64,000 nucleotides of DNA from Klebsormidium nitens (Eukaryota > Plantae > Klebsormidiophyceae), in contig DF236968.1 in assembly GCA_000708835.1 (NCBI GenBank), positions 186,001 to 250,000 of the forward strand, given 5' to 3'. Below are positions 58,398-64,000 of the stretch, one piece after another. Under the pieces are notes generated by a model. It worked only from the letters and a program-made list of their open reading frames with translations, had not been told where the DNA came from and did no database searches. Positions within the stretch are counted from its first letter, which is position 1. Each line of letters starts with the position of its first letter. Position numbers and translations under genes: made by a program.

Positions 58398-59019
58398 CTG
58401 ACTTGACATCGGCGACTTTGGAAGTCGACTCTGGAAGATTGCAGTACATGCTTTGTCTTTGGATAAAGGTAGCTAGACTCACCGTAGCTGAGGTATCAGG
58501 CAATTGTCAGAGCCCTTTTGCCTTTCTACACCACGTGGTAGGCGTGGCGGATAAGAGTCTGCGGTGCAGCAATGTGGTGGCTACCAAGGGACTTGGCTCA
58601 TGGTTTCTTCGGGTCACTTGGTTGAGCAAATCTTACATGTACATATGATCTGGACCTTTTTCCAAGGCGAACTCCACTGCGTCATATCAGTCGGTCGACT
58701 GGCATGCTCTGTACCGTCACAAAAATAATCATCAATACTTGGGAGCAATGGCAATGTGATGTCCGATTGCATGTTTCCTGGTCGTAAGCAAAGTCGGCCT
58801 TAATGCGAGCACCTTCGAGCATGTTTTAAGGATTCCGAATATTAGCATCCCATCATGTGGCTTACCTATATCATTACATCCTCGAGCGCTGGCTCTAGGC
58901 CACCGGAATATTGAAAGGCACAGTGATACTTGATATCTCGACGCCATGGCAGAACGTAGGTATCGTACATCCTTCTCACCTGCTTGAGTCGTGCCATGGC
59001 ACAGGTCATAGGACTACGG

Positions 59020-60315
59020 CAAGTAGGTACCTACATCACACAAGCTCGACTGGCAAGCTCCCTGCAAGCTCAGCCTGAGCTAGGCCCGCGGGCGGGCAAC
59101 TCTTACGCGGTCAACAATGGTCCGCAACATAAACCTGCATAAACCCCAAGATTTAACCAAACCCGACTATCGTCCCCCGGGCAGGACCTATCTACGGGCT
59201 ACCGTAGTCGCGTACCGTTCTCACAACGCTAGTCATCATTCATGCAACAGCATGTCCCGACGACTCCCGACTCCCGTAAAACGGCAACGGATCACCATCA
59301 TGAACCCGATCGGCCAATCCTGACTTGCAACTCTGACCACCGGCCACCCGGTTAGTAATACGGGACAAAAGTATGCCTATCCTACGTATGGGCTGTCGGT
59401 ACAGCCTCCGCCATGTCATGATGCCAGTACAGACTACAGCGGGCTTGCGCGACAGTTAGAGGACCTGGTACGCACTTGTACGCACCGCCACATGTTGTCT
59501 TTGTTCAACCTGCAGTACGTACCTACCTACCTTCTGTTGGTACTTGGAAGTTGGTAGGTATGGTACCTAGGTACCTACCGTACCAATTGTCCGGTTGGGC
59601 AGATTTTTGCCCAATAATTAATTTCGTATCTCATGGATTTTGGGCAGCTAGCTTCAGTTATCCATCTATTTTGTGTTTTTACGGAGCAAAACGATCTACA
59701 AATATTTGATTGGAATTTATTTTCAATTCAGATTTTTGGGCAAGTCAAACAATTTCTAATTGTTGCCCAACCGGACAATTGGTACGGTACTTGTGTTTCG
59801 TCGATCAGACTGCACAAGCTGCGCAACTTGCATGGCCCCCCTTCCCTTCTGGGCCCTGGCGGCCCCTGGGCCGCCAACCTAGCTACCGTAGGTACCTACC
59901 TAAAACGGTACGTCGTGGGATACCGTTAGTGAAATAGGTACACAGCCAACTCGGCCAAGTTGCCAACTCTGATGCATCGGAGGTAGGTACCGCCGTACCG
60001 GTATGATTGTTGCAGCACCGCACGGTACCTGTTTCGTGTTACAGCAAAAGGGCGGCCCAGAGTACAAAGTGCTCATCATCCGCTGACAGGTACTTTTCGC
60101 CGGGCGCGGCTTTGGCTTCAGTACCTAGGTAGGTACCTACCGTATTTGGTACCGTAGACAGGTTCCAATGCATTGGTAGGTACCTACTACCTACCTACCT
60201 AGCTTGAATTAGGTACCCAGCTGGGTACCTACCTAGTTCAAGGTAGGAACGTAGGTACGGTAAGTTTCGCTCGCTGGACATGCACAAGTGACGAAGGGGA
60301 AGTCGGTACCGTACC
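59020..60315. repeat. Intergenic tract dense in GGTACC/TAGGTA/TACCTA motifs
   Basis: I counted 12 GGTACC sites in ~1.3 kb. The tract includes the perfect 22-bp palindrome TAGGTACCCAGCTGGGTACCTA (60210-60231). Confidence 0.85.
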
Positions 60316-61417
60316 GCGGGGGCCCAGTACAATGTGTCATGGTCTAGAGCTGGAACCTGGGTTCGCCGGTGGAACATCGACCGTCGTCAAATCCTTTGGG
60401 ATGTTGAGTACGGACTTCGGGGTTGACTCAACCTTCCTGGTCCTTGACGACTTTTCGGGAGAACCAGAGCCAAACCCCCCTTCTAACCGAAGCCGGCAAC
60501 CTTGATATGCAGAATTTAAGTAATACCTGACTTAATGTACGGATGCGGTTTACGAGAAATTAAGCTCCAGATCCTCGAATCTCGGTCCCGATCTTCTCGG
60601 AGGCAAACCGCTCGCTGTATCTGGATTCGGAACACTTCTGAAATTACAGTTGGGACATGGAATCGTAGAGATCGGTGATTCGGTACTGGTGTCCCTGGTA
60701 CCGAATTTCCCAAGTTGGCATGTCCGTGTACGAAACTGGGTCGGAGATCGGGACAGGCTCGGAAGACGGCAGCGGGGTCATGGGATATTTCACTGACCAC
60801 CGGCCTATAAGGCAGACTCGGAACCCAGGTGCTACCTGAAAGCTCCGTCTGACACGTTCATACCACAGGCAACCGGTATTCATTCTCCGGTGCAACCAAG
60901 GCTGAGTCTGAGACTGAGCGGTATGTACCTTCTGCAACAAAAGCTGCAGTTAGGTCGGAACCTGGTACCCAGGTTCCATGGCACCGCATAAGGTACCGCG
61001 CTCACATGTCCCGATGGCACATGATGATCTGACATGGTGATCCTCGAGACAAGTTGAAATTGAATCATGATTCATGGTGTCCAATCCAATGCCCAGAATC
61101 CTAGTTCGCTGCATTGCGGGGAGGAGAGGCTGAGCTGTGAAGGTCACGTTTCTAGAGTAGCAAAGGAGCCAACGGAGAGACGAAGGAAAAATCCCTAATA
61201 GTAATGGTCGGCCAGGCGGCCCTGCCTTGGATTGGGGAAAACCTCTTCCAAAGGTAGTTGGTAATTCGAGGGCCCCCGGCTAGGGGTATCCTTGTGGGTT
61301 TTGAAGGGAGCAACTTGTAGATGCTGGCAAAAGTATGGATGAGGCTGCAAGTCCAGGTAGCATTGTTATGCACGCCGGAAGAAGGAAGAGTGCTGCTTAT
61401 GATGTTGCGTGATCACC

Positions 61418-64000
61418 ATGAACGTTTCTACTTTAGAGAATTGGACGTCGCAGGAGGGAGGCCCCACCAGTGGCTCTAAGCAGCTCGATCACATCCAGGG
61501 TTCATCACAGTCATATGCTGGCCAGAGTTCCAGAAATTCAGCTTTTCGTCCTTCGGACAAGTCCAGACTGTATGCAGATGGAAGCTCGGACGCTTTTCGC
61601 TCCTCAAAAGCTGGAGCTGCGATTTTGCCCGGTAGGCGGCACAGGGCGCCTGTCGAGGTTCGAGCTCAAGCGGCCTCTGAGCTGCTAGCGTCAGAAGACA
61701 CTGCAGCAGGGTTTTCTTCAGGGTTGGGGGGTTCCTCTGGCAGCCCTACCAGGACCCTCCCTCAGAGGAGGCACACTATGCCAGCAAGCATGCTCCCCCC
61801 TCTGGTTGTCCCGGCATTTAGGCCCCCTATTCAGTGGACAGATAGCGTTAGAAGTAGAGGGGAGACTAGTGAAGCAAGCCCAGGGTTGACGTCTCCTGGG
61901 CAGAATAAGGCAAGTCTTGATTGCTACCTTACCTTATCTTTCTTCTTGCCTCCAGCTTTTTCAGCGGAGCTCCCTGGAGTTAGCGTGAAATGAATGTGTT
62001 TAGTAACCTTCTTGTTCTCTTTGGAAAAATGCATCCTGAATCATTCGAGGTTGGACTGAGGGGTCAGATAGATTAGCAGTAGCACAGGTACGCAATCCTC
62101 CGGCAACTCAGGGCAAGTTTGACAGCTGAGAAAGTCGAGCCTAAAGCCCAAGCTATATTAATGGACTTCCAAGGTAAATGTTGATGTGGAAGCACTTTGT
62201 GTTTAGTGAACGATGATCGGGACTCCAGATTGAGCTTACCCGAAATAAAGTAATTGATCAAAGTGGTAAGGGGCCCAGTGCCAGAGCAGAGACAGCTTTT
62301 AAGGGCGCAATAGGATTACGGACAGGCTTGGATGGTGCTGATGTGTGTTAGTTCGGCTATGAGGGTTTCTAACGATCCTGTTGGCCAGTTTTGACTGCCC
62401 CAATGTGAATTCTTACGTGCGTCTCCAAGAGAATCTAATCCATAATACTTCAAAGCCCGGTATGAAGAGCTTTCTAAAAAAGGTCTCGAAGGTTTGGTCC
62501 TGCTTGTGTTCCACTAGGTTGTCAGCTTCACAAGCGACACGCATCTTCAACTCTGAGGGTTTATGAAATATGCAATACGGGGCTGCTTGAAGTCTGCGAC
62601 TTCGCTTGTGCCTTGCTACATAAGGGCGGTGGTCACCACTTTGTTTGTGCTCAAGAGCGGAAAGCTTTAGGACGCGTCTGACATTTCACCTCCAAGCTCC
62701 TTAGCCAAGCTGCTCCTGCAAACGCAAAGTTGCAGCTGCCTAGAACCGACCGCCAGCGCAAAAAGCGTGTGAATTATCCACTTTTTTTGCTGCTTCAAGT
62801 CTCAAAGAGCAATACTCATTCTGGCAAACGTTTTTGTCCATGACTGTGAATGATCTTTCAAAATTTCTTAGAGTAATTCCAATAGGAACGGCACACTCCC
62901 TATCTTATCATCGTGTGTCAGCTGGCTTCGTTTATCCGGGGAACTCTGCTGGAGAACGCGCCTTAAGTAGTAAAGCCAGTCTAGCAGCTTTTTTTCACTT
63001 GGATTCTTTCATGGACCGGCTGTTTTCACCAAACAAGGGTCTCCTTTCTCAGACTAAAAAAAAACTTTATACCGACCAGGTCAAATTTTGCTCAAAGTCA
63101 CCTTTTTCCCTCATTCAAGATAGTTTTCCGATGGTTTGGAAGGGCGCTTGAGAGAGCACTTTGAAGAGCGTTTTGGAGAGCAAGCTTGAGAGTCATCTGC
63201 ATCCTGGTCTTCAAACGCCCTGCCAGAGGCGTCGTATGTGCTTTTCTCTTCTATTACAGGCACTTGTCGAGCAAGTTTTTTCATCTTCTGGCTTCAGCTC
63301 TCAACAGTATCAGTTTCCACAGCAGATGGTGTTCGTTTCACCTTCGGTGCACACCAAGGAAGTCCACACCATTTGCCCTCTCAAGCAGGCGCAAGCGTCA
63401 GCAATGAGTTTCATAATAGCACCGGGTTGATAGCCCGTGTTCGTGCAAACCGCCATCAGTCCATTTGCGTTCGCCTTCCTTGGAACTTGTAATCCCATCT
63501 CACAAGCTACCTACACACCGGTGTCAACAGCTGCTGGTTGACACCAGCAGCTGGGAACAATTTCCCCCTTGAGTCAACAGCTAGTAGTGAAGCCCTTTCT
63601 TCACCGAAACCTAGCCGTCACGACACCTCATCGCCAGCCAAGTAATGTATAAGTCTCTCCTTTCTAGCTTCTTCCTCTTGAGTTAACGGCCCATGCCTAA
63701 CGCCCTTTCTTTGAAAAAGCATAGCTTTCACACAACCATACCAACCAAACTCACGCTTTACCCTTCTTCCCGTCCAGGCTAACGGCCACATGGCCAGCCC
63801 CTCCACTCAGGGTGGCACCCTGACGAAACCCCGCGCAATGAGGGCATCCATCCAGCTGGAAAAGCCCGCTGACATCAGCACGACGCCGGGGAGTCCCGTT
63901 ACGGTAGGTAAAGGTCCCTCGGGGATGCAACCCAGCCCCATGAGCCCCACCGAGAACTCCCCCAGCACCGCACGCTCCGTCCCTAGCCCAGCCGACGCAC
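61418..64000 (+). CDS. 5' part of a Ser/Pro-rich protein gene, truncated by the window end
   Basis: ORF 61418-61909 ends at AAG|GCAAGT. A phase-0 acceptor (ccgtccag) at 63777 opens a frame to the window end (ANGHMASPSTQGG...SPTENSPST). Intervening exons cannot be excluded and no domain is recognisable. Confidence 0.5.

Noticed and set aside
60516-60940. Minus-strand ORFs in the region upstream of 61418
   Set aside because: Short, no domain signal and no consistent splice pattern.
63618-63806. Minus-strand 62-aa ORF
   Set aside because: A better-supported plus-strand acceptor and open frame begin at 63778.

Overview
Eukaryotic, intron-rich nuclear DNA from a green-lineage organism. Plant-type PSY, PII with Q-loop, FtsZ2 and RAD51C, plus an axonemal dynein-light-chain-domain gene, suggest a flagellate-stage streptophyte alga such as Klebsormidium (inference). 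I hand-spliced 11 protein genes. Ten are complete and close in frame; the last runs off the window. They are: phytoene synthase (+), a 34-Cys four-module metallothionein (-), plastid PII/GLB1 (-), a ~1458-aa dynein-light-chain-domain/EF-hand protein (+), an LMW-PTP-like protein lacking its catalytic Cys (+), an intronless F-box/LRR gene with an in-frame TGA (+), FtsZ2 (-), RAD51C (+), a small-multidrug-export-family membrane protein (-), a plastid-type membrane protein (+) and a Ser/Pro-rich protein (+, partial). The most striking unexplained structure is a set of 'splice-site echoes'. Introns of four unrelated genes carry tandem, decaying copies of the adjacent exon end plus its splice site, mostly at a ~130-180 bp period. 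The copy contiguous with the full exon is the one that preserves the reading frame. One displaced echo of the FtsZ terminal exon brackets the F-box/LRR gene. No CRISPR array, tRNA or rRNA was recognised. All coordinates were counted by hand and may be off by a few bases.
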